Below are positions 17,516 to 25,316 of a stretch of 52,608 nucleotides of DNA, one piece after another. This DNA is from a virus. Lineage: Duplodnaviria; Caudoviricetes. The stretch is taken from the IMG/VR virus record IMGVR_UViG_3300027896_000058, positions 1 through 52,608 of that record; one strand, given 5' to 3'. A model generated the notes under the pieces. The model ran no database searches. It was not told the origin of the DNA and was given only the letters and a program-made list of their open reading frames with translations. Positions within the stretch are counted from its first letter, which is position 1; each line of letters starts with the position of its first letter. A program made the position numbers and the translations under genes.

Positions 17516-18868
17516 ATGGATGTCATATTAACTGACTTTACATACGCTCCGGAAGCGGAGTCGTACGTCATTGGCGCGCTGCTCAAGGATCCGTTCAAAA
17601 CAATCACAGCAATCGAGACTCTCGGTTGCACACAGGAATGGTTTCAGAAACCAGCATTCATCCGAGTGTTTGAAGCAGCAATGCTTCTTCGCACAGCAGG
17701 ACAGCCAATCGAGATAGATACGATCATCGACAGCTTGAAGCAGAGAAAGCTCTGGACTCTCGTAGGAACTGAGTGCTTGCACAATGCACAGACTTCCTGC
17801 CGGTCATCACATAATGCTTCGGCATATATCCAGATGCTTCGTGACAGGTATCTCAAGCGAGAGATCCTTCAGCAGATAGAGAAAGCGTCGGACATGGTGA
17901 ACAGTGAAACATCTGGACTCGATTGCTTGAGCCAGATCCGGTTCAATCTTTCGACGGTAGACAAAGTCCTGTCGAAGAAGAACTCGGTCAAAGACATAAT
18001 CAGATCAGTAGAGGACAAATACACAAATGCCCAAACTTCAAAATCAGTTGGCATCTCTTCCAGATGGTTATCCTTACAAGCAGTTTTGTGCGGATATATC
18101 GAAGGTAAGATGTCAATCGTCGCAAGTCGTCCGGGACAAGGTAAGACGACACACGGATGCAACGAAATGTACGGATGCATCAATCGTCCTACGCCTGTAC
18201 CTTGCGGGATTGTAAGCATGGAGATGACGGAGGAAGAGATCAGGGAGAAGCTCGCTGCGGATGCTCTCGACATTGATCTCAAGTACTTCCGTCAAGGTCG
18301 TGCTTCAAACGCTCAGATCATTGAGCTGGCAAACAAGATCGAGGATCATTCAAAGGAACCGATCTTCATCTCGGAAGGCAACAAGACAATCGACCAGGTT
18401 GGCATCACGCTGCGAGATATGGCTTCAGATGGATGCAAGTTCGTAGTCATCGACTACATCCAGCGGATCAAAGCGCGTGAGCGTGAATCAAAAGGAGAAC
18501 GTGAACGATATGCAAACTACTCAAACGAGTTGTGCAATCTCGCAAACGAAACAGGGATGCACGTTATGGCGCTCTGCCAGTTGCGCAGGGAAGCTGAGTT
18601 CGATCTACATGATAAGAGGATCTTGCCTCGTATGGAGCATCTTAAGGGGTCAGGTGACTTCGAGCAAGATGCTCACCAGATCGTTCTTATCGGCAGGGCG
18701 ATCACGCTGCAGGGTGATCAAGAGATGTCCGACAATCAGCCGATGGTTATCAAGGTTAGCAAGAATAGGAACGGAGGCTTGTCTTCGGGCCTCGACTTCG
18801 TGTTTGCGAAGTCTCGTCAAAAACTGATGCCGCAAGCGTTGTTTCAAGAAAGTGAAGGAGGGTTTTAA
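17516..18868 (+). CDS. dnaB: DnaB-like replicative helicase
   Basis: Walker A SRPGQGKT, SMEM, VIDYIQ, QLRR, LKGSGDFEQDA, KNRNG. Confidence 0.95.
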   Translation: MDVILTDFTYAPEAESYVIGALLKDPFKTITAIETLGCTQEWFQKPAFIRVFEAAMLLRTAGQPIEIDTIIDSLKQRKLWTLVGTECLHNAQTSCRSSHNASAYIQMLRDRYLKREILQQIEKASDMVNSETSGLDCLSQIRFNLSTVDKVLSKKNSVKDIIRSVEDKYTNAQTSKSVGISSRWLSLQAVLCGYIEGKMSIVASRPGQGKTTHGCNEMYGCINRPTPVPCGIVSMEMTEEEIREKLAADALDIDLKYFRQGRASNAQIIELANKIEDHSKEPIFISEGNKTIDQVGITLRDMASDGCKFVVIDYIQRIKARERESKGERERYANYSNELCNLANETGMHVMALCQLRREAEFDLHDKRILPRMEHLKGSGDFEQDAHQIVLIGRAITLQGDQEMSDNQPMVIKVSKNRNGGLSSGLDFVFAKSRQKLMPQALFQESEGGF

Positions 18869-19042
18869 ATGAAGACAGAATGTAGATGGACTCGTGACAA
18901 TGACGGTATCTATCACACAGCATGCGGACAAGCATGGGAATATCCCGATGGCACGAGATTAGAAAACAAGCAGTATTTTTGCCACTACTGCGGGAAGATC
19001 ATAAATGATTCCAGTGAATCTGCTCAGGAGAAGATTAAATGA
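18869..19042 (+). CDS. small zinc-ribbon protein
   Basis: MKTECRW...TACG...FCHYCGK. Confidence 0.7.
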   Translation: MKTECRWTRDNDGIYHTACGQAWEYPDGTRLENKQYFCHYCGKIINDSSESAQEKIK

Positions 19043-19209
19043 AAACAGAAGAAAGATACATTGACCTAAAAGCACGGATCAAAACATTGATAGCGATGGC
19101 CAGAGACTGCGAAGAGCAAGTCGTCCCGGTCACGGTACTGCAAGGCACGATTGATCATGTTGAGGGATTGGAATCAATCCCATCAGCCGTGGAGGAGGTG
19201 GAGAAGTGA
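19039..19209 (+). CDS. small hypothetical protein
   Basis: ATGA-coupled 56-aa ORF MKTEERYIDLK... Confidence 0.6.
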   Translation: MKTEERYIDLKARIKTLIAMARDCEEQVVPVTVLQGTIDHVEGLESIPSAVEEVEK

Positions 19210-19406
19210 ATATAGACACTTGGTACGCAAAACTTATTGAACTGGCAAAGGCCCAAAACTTAGAGGGTATTCTGGCCGACAAAGAAGAATACGAGTCCAG
19301 TTATTTTGCAGATGGTTACACGCCAGAAGATACACTGAGCGAAGAGATAAGTTACTGCGATTTTGACGCAACACTTGAGGAGGTCTCCAATGAAAATCAC
19401 GGTTAA
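19206..19406 (+). CDS. small acidic protein
   Basis: 66 aa, GTGA coupling, GGAGG RBS. Confidence 0.65.
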   Translation: MNIDTWYAKLIELAKAQNLEGILADKEEYESSYFADGYTPEDTLSEEISYCDFDATLEEVSNENHG

Positions 19407-19587
19407 ACTTAATGTGCCAAACGTATGCATGGGGCGTATATTTAAATGCCGATTCTGCTATGAGTTAGATCCGATGAACTCAATTGTGGGTACGGCTACT
19501 AGGTGTATTTTATTTGATACCGTCACAAATAACAAGAAACCTTGCCCCGCTTGCCTTGCTGCCCGTAAAGATGCGGAGGGGAAATGA
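19390..19587 (+). CDS. small Cys-rich protein
   Basis: GAGGAGG RBS; CRFC, CPAC. Confidence 0.65.
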   Translation: MKITVKLNVPNVCMGRIFKCRFCYELDPMNSIVGTATRCILFDTVTNNKKPCPACLAARKDAEGK

Positions 19588-19733
19588 GTGTTGGAGATCC
19601 ACGCATAGACGCATTCCACGCACACTTGGATAAGTGCGAGAAATGCAGAAACAACCCTATGGACTTATGCCCAGAAGGTCACGCTCTTATAATTGCAGTG
19701 GTTGGCGAAGAAGCAAAAGCGAAGGAGATTTAA
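19584..19733 (+). CDS. small metal-binding protein (49 aa)
   Basis: MSVGDPRIDAFHAHLDKCEKC...LCPEG; coupled on both sides. Confidence 0.6.
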   Translation: MSVGDPRIDAFHAHLDKCEKCRNNPMDLCPEGHALIIAVVGEEAKAKEI

Positions 19734-19900
19734 TGAAAACAGAAACGATAAACGTAATTTGTTGGTGGATCGTAATAATCATACTGACACTTGCTAGCGT
19801 TATTTGCGGAGTACTTGGCAGGAATGATCCCGGTATTACGTTCTTTGTTATTGCCGCACTGATGTTCGTGTTCACAAATCCTGCATGGAGAGATCAATGA
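19733..19900 (+). CDS. small two-TM membrane protein
   Basis: TAATG coupling; two hydrophobic stretches. Confidence 0.6.
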   Translation: MKTETINVICWWIVIIILTLASVICGVLGRNDPGITFFVIAALMFVFTNPAWRDQ

Positions 19901-20310
19901 AAACAGAAGAGAGGGTTGCGCGGCTGGTGAAAGGGGGGGCTATGACCTGCCACGAATGCGGTCAGACATTCAGTAAGCTTCAGATGACAACTCAAACAAC
20001 ATACGAAGGGACGTTCAACCGTTGCCTTATCTGCGCAGACAAAGCACTTGAACGTGCATTCGCACATCACAACGAACAACAAAACAAAGGAGTAAGAGTT
20101 CATGCAAAAGTTGCAACTGCCGATGACAAGAAGATCTCTAACCCACAAAGTAAAGATCCACGCGGAGGATGGTCCGGTGACGATCTATTTCACGGTGGGA
20201 CTACAGGAGAACGGACAGCCGGCAGAGTTGTTCATCAAGGAGGACAAGGAAGGCGCGAGCCTGGGGGGCATGTTAAAGTCTTGGGCCCTTGCGGTGTCGA
20301 TGCTTTTTAG
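19897..20310 (+). CDS. zinc-finger hypothetical protein (3' end overlaps the next gene)
   Basis: CHECG...CLIC. Confidence 0.5.
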   Translation: MKTEERVARLVKGGAMTCHECGQTFSKLQMTTQTTYEGTFNRCLICADKALERAFAHHNEQQNKGVRVHAKVATADDKKISNPQSKDPRGGWSGDDLFHGGTTGERTAGRVVHQGGQGRREPGGHVKVLGPCGVDAF

Positions 20311-20467
20311 AGCTGGATACACTGTCGAGGATCTGTTCAGCAAGTTCGCATTCATCCGTCATCAACCTGCAGGGTTCACGGAGGATCCGTACATTCGCAA
20401 CTGTACGTCGATTGAGGATTACGTTATGCGGTGGATGAAAAATCAGTTCGTAAAGGAGGTAGTATGA
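20102..20467 (+). CDS. stand-alone TSCPD domain (class II ribonucleotide reductase C-terminal, NrdJb-like)
   Basis: THKVKI...YFTVG..ENGQPAELFI...KEGA.LGG...A.AVS..F..G...F.F.R..PAGFT.DP.I...TSIEDY. Confidence 0.8.
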   Translation: MQKLQLPMTRRSLTHKVKIHAEDGPVTIYFTVGLQENGQPAELFIKEDKEGASLGGMLKSWALAVSMLFRAGYTVEDLFSKFAFIRHQPAGFTEDPYIRNCTSIEDYVMRWMKNQFVKEVV

Positions 20468-20679
20468 AAAGAATGTATGTCGTTCAAGCGTTGGTGAAGG
20501 AAAAAGATGTTGAATCTTACGGGCCGATGATGCCTGTATTCATTCCTTCAAAGATTAAACTGCAATGGGCCGACGGAATGATTGGTGTCCTTCCTGTATT
20601 CTCAAACGAGAAAGATGCAAAGAAGTATGCAGGGAAGAAGTTCTCGATTGCTAAATGCGAAGAAAGGCAGGTGGAGTGA
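20464..20679 (+). CDS. hypothetical protein
   Basis: AAGGAGG RBS; ATGA overlap. Confidence 0.65.
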   Translation: MKRMYVVQALVKEKDVESYGPMMPVFIPSKIKLQWADGMIGVLPVFSNEKDAKKYAGKKFSIAKCEERQVE

Positions 20680-20894
20680 TGATAACGAAATGCAAGTGCG
20701 GTCAGGAAATAATCTGGATCAAAACAGCGGCAGGAAGAAACCATCCAATAAACGCAAAGGCTTCAAAACTCTGGGTGAAGGACGAAGACTCCATGGCCTA
20801 CTCACTGGCTGATTGCCATGAGTCTCACTTCACAACGTGTCCAAACGCGGACGAGTTCAGAAAGAAGCCAGTAGCAAAACAGGAGGCATTCTAA
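20679..20894 (+). CDS. small zinc-binding phage protein
   Basis: CKCGQEIIWIKT..G...P...SHFTTCPNA. Confidence 0.7.
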   Translation: MITKCKCGQEIIWIKTAAGRNHPINAKASKLWVKDEDSMAYSLADCHESHFTTCPNADEFRKKPVAKQEAF

Positions 20895-21208
20895 TGGCAC
20901 GACGTGGACGAATACATTACACCACTGAGAAGAAGTTGGAATTTGTAAGAAAGCATCTTCAAGTTCTTTTCGAGAGAAGAAGAAGATACGAAGAAGTAGT
21001 TCCAGGACTCATCGGAAGAGAAAGGGATATTGCAGAGTGTGATGTTCTTCACCTTAATGAAAGCATCAAAGAGTCTGAAAGAAATATCAACGTTCTTGAG
21101 AAAGAACTCGGTGAAGAGAAAGCTCGCAAGTCTCTTGACGAGAAACTTGGATTCGATAGAAAAGAAATTAAGGAACCAGAGAAGCAATACTGGTGGAGGT
21201 GGTTCTAA
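20894..21208 (+). CDS. coiled-coil hypothetical protein
   Basis: TAATG coupling. Confidence 0.65.
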   Translation: MARRGRIHYTTEKKLEFVRKHLQVLFERRRRYEEVVPGLIGRERDIAECDVLHLNESIKESERNINVLEKELGEEKARKSLDEKLGFDRKEIKEPEKQYWWRWF

Positions 21209-21657
21209 TGGCAACAGTTGAATGGACGCAAGAACAGGTGGATGAGTACAAGAAACGTACAGGCAGATCAGTGAACATCATGGGCAAGTCAGGATACGTC
21301 ATTGTAGATACTCCACCACAACAGCCTGCAGTCAAACCGAAGTGCAAGCTCACGAAGACTGAGATCGAGTACGAGAAGATCTATCTCAAGAACTTCGATC
21401 ACAAGTTCGAGGGCATGACTCTCAAGATGGAGAACGGGCATAGGTACACGCCAGATTACTTCGTGTACCAGAAACCAACCATCAACAATAACATGGAGTC
21501 ATGGATCGAGCTTCACGAAGTCAAGGGCTCGTACAAGCTCGGCTCGTATCACAGAGCAAAGCTGGCGTTCGATCAGGCAGCAGTGGAGTATCCGATGTTC
21601 AAGTTCGTGTGGGCAGAAAAACGTAAAGATGGTACATGGAAAATAACAAGGAGGTAG
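21208..21657 (+). CDS. DUF1064-like PD-(D/E)XK endonuclease
   Basis: RYTPDYF...ELHEVKG...AAVEYPMFKF. Confidence 0.75.
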   Translation: MATVEWTQEQVDEYKKRTGRSVNIMGKSGYVIVDTPPQQPAVKPKCKLTKTEIEYEKIYLKNFDHKFEGMTLKMENGHRYTPDYFVYQKPTINNNMESWIELHEVKGSYKLGSYHRAKLAFDQAAVEYPMFKFVWAEKRKDGTWKITRR

Positions 21658-21659
21658 TC

Positions 21660-22334
21660 ATGCGTGCAGAGATTATAATCAAAGGTCAGAATCAGCAGGT
21701 CATAGTTCTCAATCAGGAAACCGCAGATCTCGTAACGAAAACGATCTGCGCGGCAGAAGCAGTTAAGGACATCACCAGCATTGAACAGTTCAAAGCGGCA
21801 GATGATCTTTGCGCAGTACTTCGTCGGCAGGAGAAGGAGATCCAGGAACACAGGGAATCCCTCACCAAGCCGATTGAAGCATTCAAGAAGCAGATCATTG
21901 CGGCCGCAGATGTGGTCGTGAAGGATCTGGCAAGGGCAAGGTTACATGTCGGGAACAAGGTTCTCGCATACCAGCAGGAAGAGGAACGCAAGGCAACGGA
22001 ACTCAGGAGGAAGCAGGATGAAGAACGAAGACAAGCGGAAGAAGCAGAACGCAAGAGACAGATCGAAGTACAGGCATCTCTCGCAAAGGATGACTTTCCG
22101 GAGATCGCTGTTCTATCTCCAGTGTCGCCAGTGGTGCATACTCCAGTGGCTCCTGTTGTTAAGTCACATTCCTCTACAACGGTCACGAACAGAGAGTTGC
22201 GAATTGACAACGAGCTTCTGATACCGCGTGAGTTCCTCGTTCCGAATGAGGTAGCGATCAGGAAGGCATTGATGGAGGGAATGAAGATTGCAGGATGCAG
22301 GTTGGAAGAAGTAACGAAGGTGAGGGCAAAATGA
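21660..22334 (+). CDS. coiled-coil protein with Gp157-like C-terminus
   Basis: IDNELLIPREFLVPNEVAIRKAL..G.KIAGCRL. Confidence 0.65.
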   Translation: MRAEIIIKGQNQQVIVLNQETADLVTKTICAAEAVKDITSIEQFKAADDLCAVLRRQEKEIQEHRESLTKPIEAFKKQIIAAADVVVKDLARARLHVGNKVLAYQQEEERKATELRRKQDEERRQAEEAERKRQIEVQASLAKDDFPEIAVLSPVSPVVHTPVAPVVKSHSSTTVTNRELRIDNELLIPREFLVPNEVAIRKALMEGMKIAGCRLEEVTKVRAK

Positions 22335-22474
22335 CATCTAAAACACTCAAGAGAAAACGACGTGAGTTATATGATTCGTCCAACATAGAAGACTATGACT
22401 GGTACATGCTTATTCTCGAAGGAATGGCCGAGATCCTAAGTCGTCTTGAAAAGTTGAAGGATAAAAAGAAATGA
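22331..22474 (+). CDS. small hypothetical protein (47 aa)
   Basis: ATGA-coupled on both sides. Confidence 0.55.
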   Translation: MTSKTLKRKRRELYDSSNIEDYDWYMLILEGMAEILSRLEKLKDKKK

Positions 22475-22842
22475 AGAAAGGTAAAGGCAAGTATCTTCGG
22501 ATCAATGTCACTGGCATGAAAGAAGTCTTTCGTCCGACGTTAATCCGCAATGACCGTGGCGATTGGGACTGCGAGAAGATCGAGAACCTTCTCGCTCACA
22601 TCGCGGCAGCAATACCGAATGACATCGAAGAGTTGTTTCACAGTGCAATAATGAGGGCAGGAATACATGCAGGAAATAAAAGATCTCCAGCGGCAAGCAG
22701 ATATATTGTGGAGTCAGATCATATGGAAGAAGTTCGGGGGGAAATGCTTCATATGCGGGACAAGCGCTACAAACGCATTCCCGCCCCACTCAGCTCACCA
22801 CATGATCAAGCGTCGGTTCCTGGCAACGCGCTGGGATCTTAA
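22471..22842 (+). CDS. hypothetical protein
   Basis: ATGA coupling; 3' half overlaps the next gene. Confidence 0.5.
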   Translation: MKKGKGKYLRINVTGMKEVFRPTLIRNDRGDWDCEKIENLLAHIAAAIPNDIEELFHSAIMRAGIHAGNKRSPAASRYIVESDHMEEVRGEMLHMRDKRYKRIPAPLSSPHDQASVPGNALGS

Positions 22843-23080
22843 CAACGGTGTCCTGCTATGTCATGGACATCACGAGGAAGCAGAACGCGCAACAGTCGCG
22901 ATGCAGAAGATGCTTGAGTACAAGTTCACATTTCACACTGAGTCAGTCAGACGTCAGATAGAAGACATGCTTCTGTTCATAGATGCGAAGCATGGCAATC
23001 CTCCTAGCGTGAGGTTCACGTTCTTGGAGATGCAAGACATAGTATGCGAGCTTGAAAAGAAGTTTGAAATAATGTCATAG
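22667..23080 (+). CDS. NinG/Rap-like HNH nuclease
   Basis: ADILWSQII...CFICG...AHHMI.R...ATRWDLNNGVLLC..HH. Confidence 0.75.
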   Translation: MQEIKDLQRQADILWSQIIWKKFGGKCFICGTSATNAFPPHSAHHMIKRRFLATRWDLNNGVLLCHGHHEEAERATVAMQKMLEYKFTFHTESVRRQIEDMLLFIDAKHGNPPSVRFTFLEMQDIVCELEKKFEIMS

Positions 23081-23088
23081 TCATGTGG

Positions 23089-23182
23089 CATGACGGTTCG
23101 CGCCTAAAGAAATGTCATTCAGTCTATGCAGGGCGCGGCAACTCCGACGGTGGAATCAGGGCAACATCGGTAATAGACTGAG
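23089..23182 (+). ncRNA. putative small structured RNA
   Basis: 9-bp TCAGTCTAT/ATAGACTGA stem enclosing sub-helices, plus a possible loop-loop pairing. Confidence 0.4.
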
Positions 23183-23191
23183 CCTGTAATT

Positions 23192-23239
23192 GGGGTCGGA
23201 CATTGGGATTGCAGTCCCTCTGTTCGGCCCCTTTTTTTT
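23192..23239 (+). terminator. intrinsic terminator at the convergence of early and late arms
   Basis: GGGGTCGGACA...TGTTCGGCCCC followed by T8. Confidence 0.85.
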
Positions 23240-23247
23240 GGCCCAGA

Positions 23248-23634
23248 TCAAGGAAGGTTGTTCAGGTAATCTTCATACTGCTTCCAGTTGACTCCAAGCA
23301 GGGCGCATAGAAGTCTTTCGACACTGGTTGCAACGCAATGCTCGTTGACGTATGGAGCATTGGGATCGTCGCCCGGTTCGGCAGTTGCTCCAACAAGCTT
23401 CTTCTTCCTACGCTTCTCGAAGTCAAAGTCGAAGTCATCAACCATCTTCTGAGTGACTCCAGTATGTTCGCATATCAGAACCTCGATGAGTTCATGAACC
23501 GCAACGAGCTTTGCGTATCGAGGATCTTCCATCTCGGACACTTTGATGTGAAGGGTCTTGTTCTTGTAGTACCAATCTCCAACTGTCGGATACCTGTGAT
23601 CCTTATGCGGGATCGTTTCAATGATGATCTTCAT
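23248..23634 (-). CDS. small zincin-like protein (HExxE)
   Basis: RYPTVGDW...VAVHELIE...EPGDDPNAPY..EH; coupled to the ATP-grasp gene. Confidence 0.6.
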   Translation of the reverse strand: MKIIIETIPHKDHRYPTVGDWYYKNKTLHIKVSEMEDPRYAKLVAVHELIEVLICEHTGVTQKMVDDFDFDFEKRRKKKLVGATAEPGDDPNAPYVNEHCVATSVERLLCALLGVNWKQYEDYLNNLP

Positions 23635-25316
23635 ATAACTTCACTTACCTCTTCCGGTGTGGGTATTTTTCCGTCCCCGAACTTATACCCGTATTTCTTC
23701 TCGACCAGCGCGATCTCCTTAACCGCGGCAGGTATCGAGTCAAATCGAATGTCAATGTCGTGAGCTTCTATCTGATCCGCATTCTTCTTGCAGTGAGCAA
23801 TAGCTTCAATAATCGAGTTGCCAAGTCCAATGACTGCGCCGATCTGCCCGATCTCCTCGTCCTGAGGAAGACAGTGATACACTCCATCATACCGGCAGGA
23901 GAACTTGAGCTTCACGAAGTCGAGGATCTCCGGAGGGAAGCACACTGGTTGGTCGTTCTTGTCTCCCCACTTGGTGTTTATCATCACCTCTACACCGTAC
24001 TTGAACGGAGCATCAGGCAAGGCCATTATTCCCTGGGCGCCAAGGGTAAGGATCTTTCCCCAGTTTGTGTACTGAGCTTGATAGAGTTCGCTGGGCGGAG
24101 ATCCACATCGCATGCAGTCGTCGATGGAGTAGAACTTCTGATCCTGCTTTCCTCTCCTGAGTTCAAAAGAACAGAATCCACGACAACCAAAGGCAGATAG
24201 GACAGGCGAAATAGCCGCATTCGTTTTTGTAATGATGTCGGGTAACGCTTGGTAGGGAACAACTGCCGATATAAGACCGGCATCTTTAATCTCATACCCT
24301 TGAATCGCAATCTGAGGAAACATGCCATCGACTGAATATCCATCATAACCTATCTCCATGTCTGACTCGATTGGATCCTCGATAATGAACTCCTGTTCCA
24401 TCTGTGCCGGCCCGAGGTCTACGGCAATGCGCTGTAGAATCGGCTTTGTAATAATCCAGTTGCAGTGATGAAAGGTTTCGCAGTCTCCGCGTGTGACCGA
24501 TATCTTGATGAACTTGTTCTCGTTCTTGGGATCCTTGCAGTATACTTCAAGAGCATCCATGCCAACCACTATTTGATACGGGGCAACGGCCATGCCGATT
24601 GACTTCTTAAGCTCCTTGTTTTCCTTGCGGTACATCTCAAGGTGTTCTCCCATTCGATTACCCCAGACGAGTTTGCCGAGGGATTCAAGATGAACCTGTA
24701 GATCTCCGTGGTAGATGTCGGTGAAGATGAAGAGATCTACTTCTGGGATGATGGAGAACAGATCTTCCACACGCTCAACTCCTGGCAGGCCGTGACCGAC
24801 ATTGCGACACACTGACTTCGGGTATGCAGTCTTCCAAGGTTTGAAATGATATAGAACGCGGCCGAAGTACTTGGTCAGCTCGATGGCCCATGACACGAAC
24901 AGGCCATTGTCCACGATGCAGACGGTCATTGCCTTGGTGTCCGGATCCATGTTGATTGGGACCGGAACCTTGCTCTTTGGACTGACGTTGATGAGGCCAG
25001 TATCAGGGATTACGGTGATCGCGCGATCATCCCAATACTCGATTGCATGAGGGCTCTTGTCGGACGTGATCTCAAGTTGTATCCCTAGATGCTGCTGTAG
25101 CCATGCCTGAATGACCCTGTGCTGGACCATAAAGTCGGGGTTGATAGGAGATACCCTTGCGGTAAAGATCTTCACTTGTAGGCCCGCCTGGAGCCATCCC
25201 TTGACACGCTGAACCATGGCAGGGATGGGGTCACCTGTCGCGGTTCTATCGGCGTTCCACTTGTCGTTTAAAGTTGCCAGTGTCCCGTCGAAATCAACCG
25301 CGATGTATTCATTCAT
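23631..25316 (-). CDS. HAD phosphatase fused to a PurD-like ATP-grasp ligase
   Basis: N-terminal IAVDFDGTL, IFTAR, K, WDDRA (HAD motifs I-IV); then VDLFIF.D, VWG...LE..R, FIK, FIIEDPI...EIG.DG, RGF...E, ID.CMR.GSPP. Confidence 0.75.
   Translation of the reverse strand: MNEYIAVDFDGTLATLNDKWNADRTATGDPIPAMVQRVKGWLQAGLQVKIFTARVSPINPDFMVQHRVIQAWLQQHLGIQLEITSDKSPHAIEYWDDRAITVIPDTGLINVSPKSKVPVPINMDPDTKAMTVCIVDNGLFVSWAIELTKYFGRVLYHFKPWKTAYPKSVCRNVGHGLPGVERVEDLFSIIPEVDLFIFTDIYHGDLQVHLESLGKLVWGNRMGEHLEMYRKENKELKKSIGMAVAPYQIVVGMDALEVYCKDPKNENKFIKISVTRGDCETFHHCNWIITKPILQRIAVDLGPAQMEQEFIIEDPIESDMEIGYDGYSVDGMFPQIAIQGYEIKDAGLISAVVPYQALPDIITKTNAAISPVLSAFGCRGFCSFELRRGKQDQKFYSIDDCMRCGSPPSELYQAQYTNWGKILTLGAQGIMALPDAPFKYGVEVMINTKWGDKNDQPVCFPPEILDFVKLKFSCRYDGVYHCLPQDEEIGQIGAVIGLGNSIIEAIAHCKKNADQIEAHDIDIRFDSIPAAVKEIALVEKKYGYKFGDGKIPTPEEVSEVI

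Noticed and set aside
23119-23182. HDV/theta ribozyme suggested by GGGCAACA
   Set aside because: No P1 helix, no pyrimidine-rich L3 or P1.1, and no properly placed catalytic C.
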